Assembly (NCBI GenBank): GCA_951406725.2
Contig: OX597819.1
Coordinates: 51,274,001-51,338,000 of the forward strand
Origin: Octopus vulgaris
Lineage: Eukaryota
Length of the DNA stretch: 64,000 bases
Direction of reading: 5' to 3'
Below the pieces are notes generated by a model. It had not been told where the DNA came from. It saw only the letters and a program-made list of their open reading frames with translations, and searched no databases. Shown here piece by piece: positions 41,151 through 54,357 of the stretch; position 1 is the stretch's first letter; every line of letters starts with the position of its first letter. The translations under genes and the position numbers were made by a program.

Positions 41151-41504
41151 GCACAGGAAGGTGAAGTGTGTGTATAACGTTGAACAAGTAGTTAAGCAAA
41201 ACCAAAAAAGAAAAAAAAACAACAAAACAAATACCAAAAACAAAAAGAAGAAAACACTCGTAAACGCGTACACACATACACACACACACACACACAAACA
41301 CCAAAATAAAAATGGAAAATTAAAAGCAGGAAAAGATAAGAAGCAGATTTTCAAAGTAATATTACAAATATATAGATTGCGCCTACGCAACCATATATAC
41401 ATACATACATACATACATATATATATATGTGCATGTTTGTATATACATATATATGTGTGAGTATATATATATGTATATATGTATATATGTAAACACACTA
41501 TTAC

Positions 41505-41539
<35 letters not shown>

Positions 41540-41601
41540 TGATGCACATACCTACTTATGTGTATACATACATATAAGTAAGTATGTAAACACACTATTA
41601 A

Positions 41602-41644
<43 letters not shown>

Positions 41645-42112
41645 ATGCACATACCTTCTTTTATGTATACATGCATATATGTATGTATGCATATATACGT
41701 ATATATATATGTGTGAATGTATGTATATATGTATGGATGTAAGCACAGAGATAGTCACTTTGAGCAACCACTTCTAATGGCGATATAACATGCTGCGTAA
41801 ACAAACAGAAGCAGTTGACGAGAGGGCGGGTGGGGGGATGAATAATCAATATTTATAGGAGAAAATTAAAACGGGGCGCATGGAGTAGAGAAAGATGATA
41901 AGGCATTTATTTATGGAGGATCGCTGTCAAAAAAAATCGGGAGAAAAATATACCAACAAATGTTTGTACACATGGGCGTTCATGATCAGATATATATATA
42001 AACACACACACGCACACAGAAGCTCCCACATGCATATACCCACACAGGCATATATGTAAAAATACAGAGACAAGCAGAGAGATTCAGAGAGTATCATACA
42101 CACACACACATA

Positions 42113-42180
<68 letters not shown>

Positions 42181-42247
42181 AATAGGTTTACACACATGCT
42201 TTACTTAATAGACTCTTCTCTCTCTCCACCCACAGACATATATATAC

Positions 42248-42326
<79 letters not shown>

Positions 42327-42419
42327 CATACTTGTACAAGTGTGTGAGTGCATGTGTGTGTACATGTGTATCTGTATGAACATCTGTGAACGTGTGTGTG
42401 TCTCCAGTCTGATACGTTT

Positions 42420-42640
42420 ATCAAATCGGAAGCCACCAAACCACAGATCATGCTAGGACTCACAATATCCTAGGCAGAGTTGATTGGAGAAGCCAATGTG
42501 AGTATGTATTCAATATCCGCAATTGGTAAAGACATGCCAAGACAGCGCCTGGAAGAACACTAAGAGTGCATGTAGGGGGAAGTACGAATTTTGCAGACCG
42601 CTGTCTTTCTTGGTATCAGGTTCTAAGTACTAAAGACTTC
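42420..42640 (+). mobile_element. Possible degraded R4/Dong-like (RLE) LINE C-terminus
   Basis: EVRILQTAVFLG resembles the LQKAVLLG end of RLE-type ORFs; short and weak. Confidence 0.3.
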
Positions 42641-44731
42641 AAAATGCAGCCAGCAGTCTATAGGAGGCGGTCTCAACTGACTGTCGTGCTTTAACACATT
42701 TCTGTTATAAGCGATAATTGCCTTTATAAATAGAAATATGTCTCAGATATATTTAAAATTGTCTATATATAGAACGAGCAAAACGCCCCCGTCCAATGGA
42801 CGGTGCTGAGTTGTCAAACATTTAAACCAAATTTTCGCAAAACAACTTGTCCGACCGTCCCATAGGCCTCCCCTTTGAGAAACACTGATTTAACCTAAAT
42901 TTGAGACACCAGCAAAATAAGAAATAAAGATAGACTTTTTTCTATTCCAAGAAAAACGATTTTACAAATGCACGGACCCACGGCTTTATCGATCGCATTC
43001 TCACCTGGAATCGATTTTTGTAATTTTTTCAAGATTTATACGCGCCCTGATACCGTCGATATCTACATATCAAATTTGAGCACAATCGGATGGCGGATGT
43101 CCGAGATTCTAGAAGACACACACACAGACAAACAGAACGGATTGTATATAATAGATTATACGGAGCTAGCTAGAGAGACTGGTAGATAGTCTTGAACTCA
43201 TTCATTTCCTTCTAATTCATACATATATATCTATATCTATCTATGATCTATCGATATATATATATCACATTTTATATATATTAACATATACATATTTATA
43301 ATATTTCTTATATATATAATATTACATGTATGTATGTATGTATGTATGTATGTATGTATGTATGTATGTATGTATGTATGTATGTATGTATGTATGTATG
43401 TATGTGTGTGTGTCTGTGTATGTATGTATGTATGTATGCATGTATGTATATATGCATGCATATGTACCTGTATATGGCTATGTATGTGTATTTTTATATT
43501 ATGTACATGTGCGCGTGTGTGTGTGGATATGTTTATAGATATATATATAAAACATATATGAATATATGTACATATCTATATATATATACATGCATACATG
43601 CACGCACATACACATGCAGAGACAAACACACAGACACACATATACGAAATTCCTCACGTAACTCCTGTTCTCTGAGCAAATCTTCGCATATTTAGCCCTA
43701 TTTATACACATTGACATTCCTCGGAACACCTGCAGTCATCTTATTGTATATATATTCCCTTTCAAAACTTTCAAATGGAAATCTTTTTTCTCTTCCTTCG
43801 CTGAATATTCAAATAAATAAATGAATAAATATAAATAAATACATAAATAAATAAAATGAAGAAATTTATGAAGCTTTTTAAACACACATTTCTGTTCTAA
43901 AATACAGTCACGCAATGTGTGGGCTTTGAACATTGTAAGCCATGTCATATCACTATAGATGTAACTATATATTTTTTCTGTAAGCGATCGAACTGCAAGC
44001 AATATTCAATACAAAATTAGTACCCAGATAGATAAAATCTCTCTCGCAGATAACACCCAACTGTCTTACTTACAAATTCGAAAAGCCATTGAACTCAATA
44101 TGTTATGACTAATAGAATAAACAGCAAAAACAAAGCAAGATTTTATTAACGATAGCATATCATCAGAGATAATATGGGGGTTGAAAGATAGCAACTCAAG
44201 TCCTTCAAAATCAGAATTTAACATAAAACAATTTTTCACTAACTCCATTGACTTCAAAAAGATGATTTGAATATTTGTGCTTAATACGTTGCGACACATT
44301 CTGACATAAATATGTTAATCGCTGTTGTTTTCGTCACATGAAAACAGCTTCCTCTTTTCGACGATTACTTGTTCATAATACGTTCGACTCATTAGCAGCC
44401 GACACACCGGTGTTTGACAAGTTGTGCCTCGTTAGCCAGAAGCACCCGGTACAATGAAACTAACAAGAACAGACAGTATTGTTTATGATTTCAGCGAACA
44501 AACTGTCCAATCATCTATGGTGACATTTGCCAACGGTAATAAATCGTGATATGCGCGGGAAACAACGAGATTCAAATGGATAACGTTACAAAAGATTCGA
44601 ACATGAGTATGTTAATCACTTTTAATATAATTTCTTAACTCATGATATTCGAATTTGACTGTTTATGAATTTAATTATCCAGACATTCGCCTGAAAATTT
44701 CAAATAGGTATATGAACACACACACACACAT

Positions 44732-44802
<71 letters not shown>

Positions 44803-46185
44803 TGTATCACTCTCGCCTGATAGATCGCTAGCCACTACAATTCTTTATTTTCTCTCTTTATTTTCTCTCCTTGTTTCTTTCTGTGTTCCTTTCTGTGGAA
44901 GAGCGTAGGCTCGAATTGTTGAAGACTTTTTTACTTCCCGAGCGTTATACTAATACATCTGTTTGTTGTCTACACCATCTGTCTTCGTCTTTTGTTTTGT
45001 TGTTTTTCTTTTTTGTGAATTCTCCCTATATGCGCTCAAGCTCAATCTACTCCGTATAGGACATAAAATATGTTATGTTTAAATTTTGTGCATATATCTT
45101 TAGCATATATATATATATATAAACTGCACAACATAGCTAAAAGTGTCAATAAACCTGCTTGCATTGCTATGATTTCATTACGGATTATATAATAGACACA
45201 TACACACAGAGGCTCTCTCACACACACAGACACGAACACACACACACACCGTATCGCTCTGGATCTCTCTGCATTTATGCGTGTGTGTACTCATGCGTTT
45301 GTGATTGTCTATCCCTAACCAAACGCTTCCACACATAGAAGTGTTAGAATAATCACCAGCCTTAATATATATATCATCTCATGGACTGAACAATTCAAAG
45401 CAGCATCGCACCCCAGCAAGTTCGTTGTCCAGTGACTTGCACAACTTAAAGAATAATGTATGTGAGTCTGTGTATATGTATATACGCATATCCTACATTC
45501 AGATATATATCCATGCATACTGTATTGCCACTTCAGCAATGTAACTACACACGTGCTGTTAGTGATTTCTTTTCTTTCTTTGGGCTTTTCCCTTTCTCCT
45601 TTCCGACGAAGAGCTATGCTTGAAACCTCAAAATCCCTCCTTTCAACGAGCGTCAGACTAATACATTTCTTGTGCACATCCTCAAGTTGTCCATTTTTAT
45701 TCATTTATTTGAAGTGACTACACACAAATACACACACACACACACACATACACACACACACACACACAAACGTGTGTGTTCTGGAAACGAATTCAGTCGT
45801 TGACCCTATGAGACCGGTGAAATCAACTTGAATAGATTCAAGTCAATAGCTACATTTATAAGTACACGGGTGGGAGATTCTAAAAAGGATAACGCTATGG
45901 AGGACAAAGAATTGCAAGTAATATCCACACAGAAACAACGAAGTGAACACTGAATGACAGACAAGACAAGGCGAGACGAAGACAAGCGTAGACAGACGAA
46001 GGTGTCGCGAGCTCATGAGTGTCAGTGACATGTGACCTGCAAGCTATAAGGACCAGAAGCTGCAGTAAACGCTATCCCAAAAATGGAGAGGAGACTGCAT
46101 GAGTGTGGATCACACGTTCGGGTATATTGATGAGCCTTTTGTTTTCCGGTCAATCTTGCGTTCTTTCTTTTGCTATACTCTCTCT

Positions 46186-46574
46186 CTTTTACTCTTTTAC
46201 TTGTTTCAGTCATTTGACTGCGGCCATGCTGGAGCACCACCTTTAGTCGAGCAACTCGACCACGGGACTTATTCTTTTGTAAGCCCAGTACTTATTCTAT
46301 CGGTCTCCTTCACCGAACCGCTAAGTAACGGGGACATAAACACACCAGCATCGGTTGTCAAGCAATGCTAGGGGGACAAACACACACACACACATATATA
46401 CATATATATACATATATACGACAGGCTTTCCGTCTACCAAATCCACTCACAAGGCTTTGGTCGACCCGAGGCTATAGTAGAAGACACTTGCCCAAGGTGC
46501 CACGCAGTGGGACTGAACCCGGAACCATGTGGTTGGTTAGCAAGCTACTTACCACACAGCCACTCCTGCGCCTA
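46186..46574 (-). mobile_element. SINE family 1
   Basis: Reverse complement of family-1 consensus, well preserved. Confidence 0.9.
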
Positions 46575-46638
46575 TGTATATGTATATATACAAATTTGTA
46601 TGTATGTATGTATGTATGTATGTATGTATGTATGTATG

Positions 46639-46669
<31 letters not shown>

Positions 46670-46724
46670 GTACGTATGTATGTATGTATGCGTGTATGTA
46701 TCCTTTTATTTACTTTAAAAAATT

Positions 46725-47562
<838 letters not shown>

Positions 47563-48125
47563 TTCCCCATAATGTTCTCTATTGTGTGTTGTATAATATG
47601 GTTCGCCCAACCGAAAATGACAAGAACACTGAAAAATTAAACGATGGAATAAAAGAGTGGGTGATAATTCTCTGAACACCTGCTGCATGAGGTGTCCATG
47701 ATTTCTACATCTTTAATTATTCAAAAACAGAGTATGTCTCTAGAGGGATTGGAAAACTAAATCTTTGTTGCTTCAAGACAAAAAATTAAGCGATTGTATT
47801 GCTCGAAATAGAGTTGCACTATATATGGAAGTATGCGTTATACAGAAGTGGAAATTACATTAACCATTAAAAACATTAACGTAAATTTAAAGACGGAAGT
47901 TAAAAAAAGAAAAAGAAAGAACATCGCATCTACTGAGATTGAACTTCCTACGTTTGCCTTTCCCGGGGAACATGTTATCAATTGCTGTACAATGATCGCA
48001 AGGAGCATGTCTGTAAAATGTTTAACTGTGCTACCTGTTCTCCACCGGTATCTCGTTTACATAGATAACAACCCTCTATTCGTGATAATCTTTTCGGTCG
48101 CAAAAGATTGTATAAAATGTTAAAT

Positions 48126-48353
48126 ATGGCGTGACTGTGTGGTATGAAGCCTGCTTCCCAACTACATGGTTCTGGGTTCAGTCTCAGCGCGTGGACCCTT
48201 GGGCTTGCCAAAGCCTTCTTAGTGGATTTGGTGGACGGAACCTGAAAGAAGCCCGTCGTAAATATATATATGTATATGTATATGTATGTATACTATGCGT
48301 TCGCTGTTGCCTCCATGTCCGGAATTCCAAGGTACACGTATCTATCTATCTAC

Positions 48354-48433
<80 letters not shown>

Positions 48434-48434
48434 A

Positions 48435-48473
<39 letters not shown>

Positions 48474-48515
48474 CATATATATATATATATATATATACGT
48501 TATATATATGTATGC

Positions 48516-48571
<56 letters not shown>

Positions 48572-48800
48572 ATGTGTTTGATTTTGTAGCTGCGTTTGTC
48601 TCATCCTTACCACCACCGCCACTTGTAAACCAGTGTTGGTATGTTTACAACTCCGTAAATTAGCGGTTCGGCAAAAGGGACCGATAGAATAAGTAATTGG
48701 CTTTAAAAAAAATTAGTTTATTTGTTCGACTAAAACCACTCAAGGCGGTGCCCAGGATAGACGCAGTCTAATGACTGAAACAAGTAAAAGATAAAAGATA
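48126..48800 (+). mobile_element. SINE family 1 with ~320-bp expanded internal microsatellite region
   Basis: 5' half 48126-48260, 3' half ~48580-48800, (TATC)n/(TA)n between. Confidence 0.82.
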
Positions 48801-48869
48801 TATAAATACATGTATGTATAACAGATACATACATACATACATATATATAAATATATATATATGTATGTA

Positions 48870-48909
<40 letters not shown>

Positions 48910-49418
48910 TAATCCAAACAAGGAAACACAAACAAGGAAACACAGAAAAAAAGAGAAAAAAAAACACACCATATATATATATATTTCCCTGAGTCGTGTT
49001 CTGTCCTCACCTTCGAAACACACTGGAGTTGAACTAGGGACAGCTGATGAAGGGGTTTTTTCCTTGTGTAGTTTGTCTCGTACTCTGTTTTTTTAGTTTA
49101 GGTCCGTTTCCACGTTTGTTTTTACGTTTTCGTTTCTCGTTGAGTTCTACGTCTATTTGTGGTGTCCTGTACTCACGTATATATATTTATATATACATGT
49201 AGATGTAGGTACGTACATATATGTATGTATGTATGCATATATTTTATTTATTACACTATTGTATGACTGAGCGCCCTCGCGTCTATTCGATTCGTTTTCG
49301 TTTCGTTTAATCTCCTCCAAGTAAGTTTTGTTATATATATATATATATATGTAGGTCCCGGGTTGAGTCGGGGTTAACCACAGTAAATAAGGTACTCAAT
49401 ACATAGCAGAGTAAATTA

Positions 49419-49550
49419 ATTTATTATATAGAAGGAGCTTCTACAGGACTAGAACTGTTTCATTCAAAAGAAATCATCAGGAAGCTTCCTGATGATTTCT
49501 TTTGAATGAAACAGTTCTAGTCCTGTAGAAGCTCCTTCTATATAATAAAT
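49419..49550. repeat. Perfect 132-bp palindrome without spacer
   Basis: Arms 49419-49484 and 49485-49550 are exact reverse complements, centre gaag|cttc. Confidence 0.97.
49483..49533 (+). ncRNA. Type-I hammerhead ribozyme motif (mirror copy on minus at 49436-49486)
   Basis: AGCTTC CTGATGA TTTC TTTT GAAT GAAA CAG ttctagtc CTG TA GAAGCT; canonical core, 6-bp stem I, GUA site after 49527; weak stem II. Confidence 0.75.
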
Positions 49551-49559
49551 ATATATATA

Positions 49560-52392
49560 TATACAAATAAATGAAAGAATGGAGTTGGACGACGATTTAA
49601 CAAAATTCCTTTATTCTCGACATATGTTTCGAAGGCTGCATATTCCTAATTTCGAAGGAATAAGGGGTGCATTATGCCGCCTTCTCATCAGGAAAATAAG
49701 GAACTTATGTCAGCATCAAGATGAACAAAAACTTTTAGATGACTGCCCATACGGAGCCCATAGCGATAATGAGTGTTTCTTTAAAATATTCCGTTATAAG
49801 CAGTGACGTCAAAAATGGTTGAATGTAGAAGATTCTCGAAAGTTCAAGGGTTCAAACAAGGTTGGAGGAGAGAGGTCTAAGAATAGGAAGGTGACAGGGT
49901 GCAAGTCATATTCTTTTGTGATTGAGTGCCTATGTGTGTGTATGTATATAACTGCATTCGTGTCTATGTGTGTGTATGTGTGTGCGTGATTGTGTGTGTG
50001 GTTGGGTAGATGCCAAATACAAATAGTGGTGAAGTGACAGGTTTGTGTCTGTGTGTTTGATTGTGCTTACGATAGAGAGGGGGAAAGGGAGAGAGAGGAG
50101 GGCGAGGTAGAGAGACAAAGGTAAAACATACCTCAATGAATTGAGTAGTAGTCCTTTATGAGTATAAAAATTTGACAATGGGGGTAATGTATAAATGGAA
50201 CCAAATTATTAAAATTCAAGGAGGTTATCTATATTAATCATCATTCATATGAGTGAAATGTGTGTTTCTGCCAGTGCATGCACCTATAGGATTTTTCGAC
50301 CAATGTATTTATTAAAGGGAATTTGGCGAACAATATATGGTAAAGTTCGGAATTACAGACGCCACAAAATTTCCTGCTCTTATCAAACGGAAAGGATACA
50401 GACAATATGGACCATTCCAGCTTGAAAGTTGTATTGCTGTCCTTAAGACGCCAAACTAATTTACTTAGTCCTGTGCTTTGTTGTTTTCTCTTATCTCGGA
50501 AAGTTGAATAATGATTGGAGATCCTCTGGGCTAATTTAGAAGTAGTTGCCCCAATGTAGAAGAAGACATCGGTACCGGAAGAAATTTTACACTGGTAAAT
50601 GGAGTTTCTAATTTTGGAATTGCTGGATAAGAACTTTAATCTGTTAGGGTTTACCTCCGAGACTAAGACGGAGTTTTTATTGTTATGATTGCTGTTAATA
50701 TTATTGCTAGCATTGACCACAATACTATTCCTATTATTATCATTACTATTAATTGTACTATCGTCGGCAATTTCCCTGACTATAGGAATGCTGGGGTTGT
50801 TATCATCAATACTACCACTGTTATTAGAAATGCTGTCGTTATTACCACTAACACTACCACTGTTAATAATCCGACTAATATTATTATTGATATTACTATT
50901 GTTAATGCCAACGCTGCTATGAATGTTGCTATTATCAATACTATTTCTATTATTATTATTATTGTATGTTTGGTTGGAATTGGTAAGGGCAGTGTCGTAA
51001 CTCCCGGGTGATGAATCCTTATTTAGCAGCTTGTTATTATGGGAGGCAATGATCTGCGATAGATTTCTAGTGTTGGAGAATGCAATCCTTACCTTATGCG
51101 AATTGATAGTAGAGTAATACCTAGAATTCCTGGGAAAGTTCCTAGCTACGGCTTCACGGAACTGTAAAGGGAGGTTTGACCTGATTTGTTTCCCGAAAGG
51201 TATGACAAACCAGATATAGTTTTTTGTGAACTTAGAATAGTTCAGAGTGTTACCATTTACATTAAAGGGAGTATTTCTGTGCTGGAGAATTGGTGTTGGT
51301 TGCCGATTGCCTCCCCTGGTCCGTAAATTATTTTTGTTAAGTATAGTGGTGTCGACGTTGTTAGAGCTGAAATCATTATTTACATTATTTCTATTGTTAT
51401 TAGTTTTCTTATCCCGAGAAGCATATATCGGTTTAGAATGGTCCGGGTCGATATATGATACTTTATCTCTATAACCGGCTTTTGACAAGGCGGCGTTATA
51501 AAATTCCGCTTTTTGGTTAAAGATGTCGACATTAGCAGATAAATTTGATAGTCTTAAGGAAATATTTTAAACTAAATTATCGATGATAGTTTTGGCATGG
51601 TTACTGAAAATGCTGATATATTTAAGATTAGTAGAAGGCTTATGATAAGGGAAGTAAGAATTATTCTGCAGATTTGGGGTAACATCTAAGAAGTTGGCTT
51701 TAGTTAATTCGTCGTCGAAAGCTATGCTCAAGCCCATTCTGCTAAAAAGTCTAGCTAATCTGTTTTTAGACTTCTGTATCATATTGTTCGGAGCATTCTG
51801 TAGGTAAAGTAGACCATCGTCTCGATACAGACCGCCGCAGATGTCCGGGAATTGGTTGGCCAATTCATAGAGAATATAGATTCCGACCAAATCGGCTATC
51901 TGGGCGCTATCTGTACTTCCCACTAGCACATCGAACGCGTTGGTGGGTATCCCTGCGGACCCATAACTTATCATCGAACTGTATGAAGGATTTTCTAGCC
52001 GCTAAAATTACATTAATTTCCTCCCTGGAGAGGCCTGCCTTATTATGTGCGTGCCATAGGGCCTTATTGAGTACACTAGGGTTGATCGAAGGGTAGAAAC
52101 TAGATATATCGAATTGAATGAATTTTGTGTTGTCTTTATTAGTAATAGAAGTAAACCACTCTACGACTTGAGTGGAGTTAGACCATAGGCTGAGTTTTAA
52201 CTTATTGATTAATATAGGTATGTATTTATCTAAAATGTACTTACTAAGGGTACCGATGTCAGAACTAGAGGGGCATGTGAGCCTTAATGCCGGGTTGGTA
52301 TGAAAGTTTGGTTTATGGTCCTTAACGATGAATCTTGGTTGTCTGGGGTTCAGCGGTTGGGTTTTCATTTGTAATCCATACGTTTCCATGAT
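49560..52392 (-). mobile_element. 5'-truncated Penelope-like retroelement (RT + C-terminal GIY-YIG; Neptune-like motifs)
   Basis: ORFs 51907..52389 (KDHKPNF..NP..RL, FDISSFYPSI), 51567..51974 (GLYRDDGL, NFLDVT, PYHKP), 50241..51488 (WF..PF, SIYQCKI..FYIGAT..QRISNH, C..C..E); one frameshift and one in-frame TAA; HHR in 3' end. Confidence 0.92.
49613..49697 (-). ncRNA. Canonical minimal type-I hammerhead ribozyme in Penelope 3' pLTR
   Basis: Minus: ATTTTC CTGATGA GAAGGC...GCCTTC GAAA CATATG TC GAGAAT; G-C closed stem II, palindromic stem III ACATATGT, GUC site, 6-bp stem I with one G-U. Confidence 0.87.
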
Positions 52393-52443
52393 TTTCTTAA
52401 TTTACATTATATACATATATATATATATGTGTGTGTATATGTG

Positions 52444-52517
<74 letters not shown>

Positions 52518-52568
52518 CATATATATATATATACATATATATGCATTATATACATATATATATGTATG

Positions 52569-52610
<42 letters not shown>

Positions 52611-52676
52611 GATAGATAGATATATACATATATATACATATATGTACATATATATATGTATATGTATTTATATATA

Positions 52677-52713
<37 letters not shown>

Positions 52714-52775
52714 ATATATCTATCTACCTAAATATATATATATATATATATATATACCTATATATCTTTCTATCA

Positions 52776-52824
<49 letters not shown>

Positions 52825-52844
52825 GCTATCTATCTATCTATCTA

Positions 52845-52912
<68 letters not shown>

Positions 52913-53807
52913 CAGGGTGTGGTGAACAAACAGTTGTCTAAATTACGCAAAGATGAAAATAACACTGACATTTTATTTTAACAGATATATTTACCAAAAT
53001 TACATAAAAAATATATTGAAATACTGAAGAGTAAATTTATTCAATAAAGTCGATATTGCCTTCAACCACGGCCTTAAGATGACTTCGGAATCTCGTGCAA
53101 CTCTTCTGGACGGTCTCCTTGTTTAAGTTGGTGAATACTACCATAATCCTTGCCTTCAGTTCATCTTTTGTGTTACAAGAGGTTTTGTTGGTCTCTCGCT
53201 CATCTGTGCCCACATATAATAATGAAGGGAGTTGCAATTTGGGGAGTTAGGTGGCCATATGTTAGGGGTCATGTGGTCGAATGAATTGTTTGACATCCAT
53301 GACTAGGTTCTCCTGCTTGTGTAGCTTGATGCAGAGTACTGTTGCCAGACATAGGGTCTTCCAGCAGCCACCCTCTTGACCCTGAATGACTCTACCTCCT
53401 TCAGGCACTCGACGTAGGCCACCGTATTGAGTGCGAGGCTGTGTGGGAAGAGGATAGGAGGCATAACGTCGCCATCACCACTGATCACTCCAAACACCAT
53501 GATGTTGACTGGATGTTTGATTTTTTATTACTCTCGATACATGTCCTCAGATTGCGCTGTCCTCAGATTGACACCCAAGCACTGTGAAATGTTCGTACTG
53601 GAGCTTCCGGTGCGAATGCTTACCAGTACAGCATGTCGTTTCCCAAATTTCTTGCAAAGTGAATTGCGTCATGGTGCTGTTTTTCTCACACAAAGACGGT
53701 GCCCAACTGACCCTACTATACTGTGTCGTCGACAAAATCAGAAGCAAACAATGTGCTTGCGCGAAATTAAAATCATAAAATAGCGACAATTTACCCATCG
53801 AATCCTG
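52913..53807 (-). mobile_element. Degraded Tc1/mariner (maT/DD37D-like) transposon
   Basis: Degenerate TIRs beginning cagg with TA flanks; minus fragments MVFGVISGDGDVMPP, PYVWQQ, WPPNSPNCN, FRSHLKAVVEGNIDFIE. Confidence 0.82.
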
Positions 53808-54357
53808 TATATACAAATGCATATATCCAAACACACACACGTATACACTGTTAGCTAAATATTCTATAGATATGTCGTACATGATAGCAACGAAATGAAA
53901 CACTGTTATACAAAACTGAATTAATATTAATGTTAAAGTGTCAAAAATGAAAAGAAAAACAATGTGTTATGTCTTCTTTAATTTAGTCACTAATATCAAT
54001 GAGTCGAGTTTACAAGCACTGAATTCGTGGAAAGTTAAGGAGATGCACAGCTGCTTTCAAAACTCCAAGCAGAGTTGAAATATGTATTTACAACTGTGTC
54101 TTTCTCTATCCTTTTCCCGACGACGTTTACTGGAAAATAATCTTGGTTAAAGATTTAATACATACATACTCTATTACGTTATAGCAACGAAGCAAGACGT
54201 TTGCTAACACGTCAGTAGTTTTATACATGCATCCATACATAGATACATACGTAGATACATAGATACATACATACATACACACACTCATACACATATGTAC
54301 ATATATACATTTTGTGCAATTTCTCTATTATATATATATATATATATATATGTATAT

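Noticed and set aside
49008-49070. Type-II (permuted) hammerhead ccttcGAAAC...CTGATGAaggg, also on minus at ~20625-20677
   Set aside because: Could not build stems I and III between the two core halves in either copy.
51560-51570. Selenocysteine/readthrough in the Penelope ORF (as reported for some Naiad PLEs)
   Set aside because: The in-frame stop is TAA, not TGA, and the GIY-YIG is C-terminal; simple decay is more likely.
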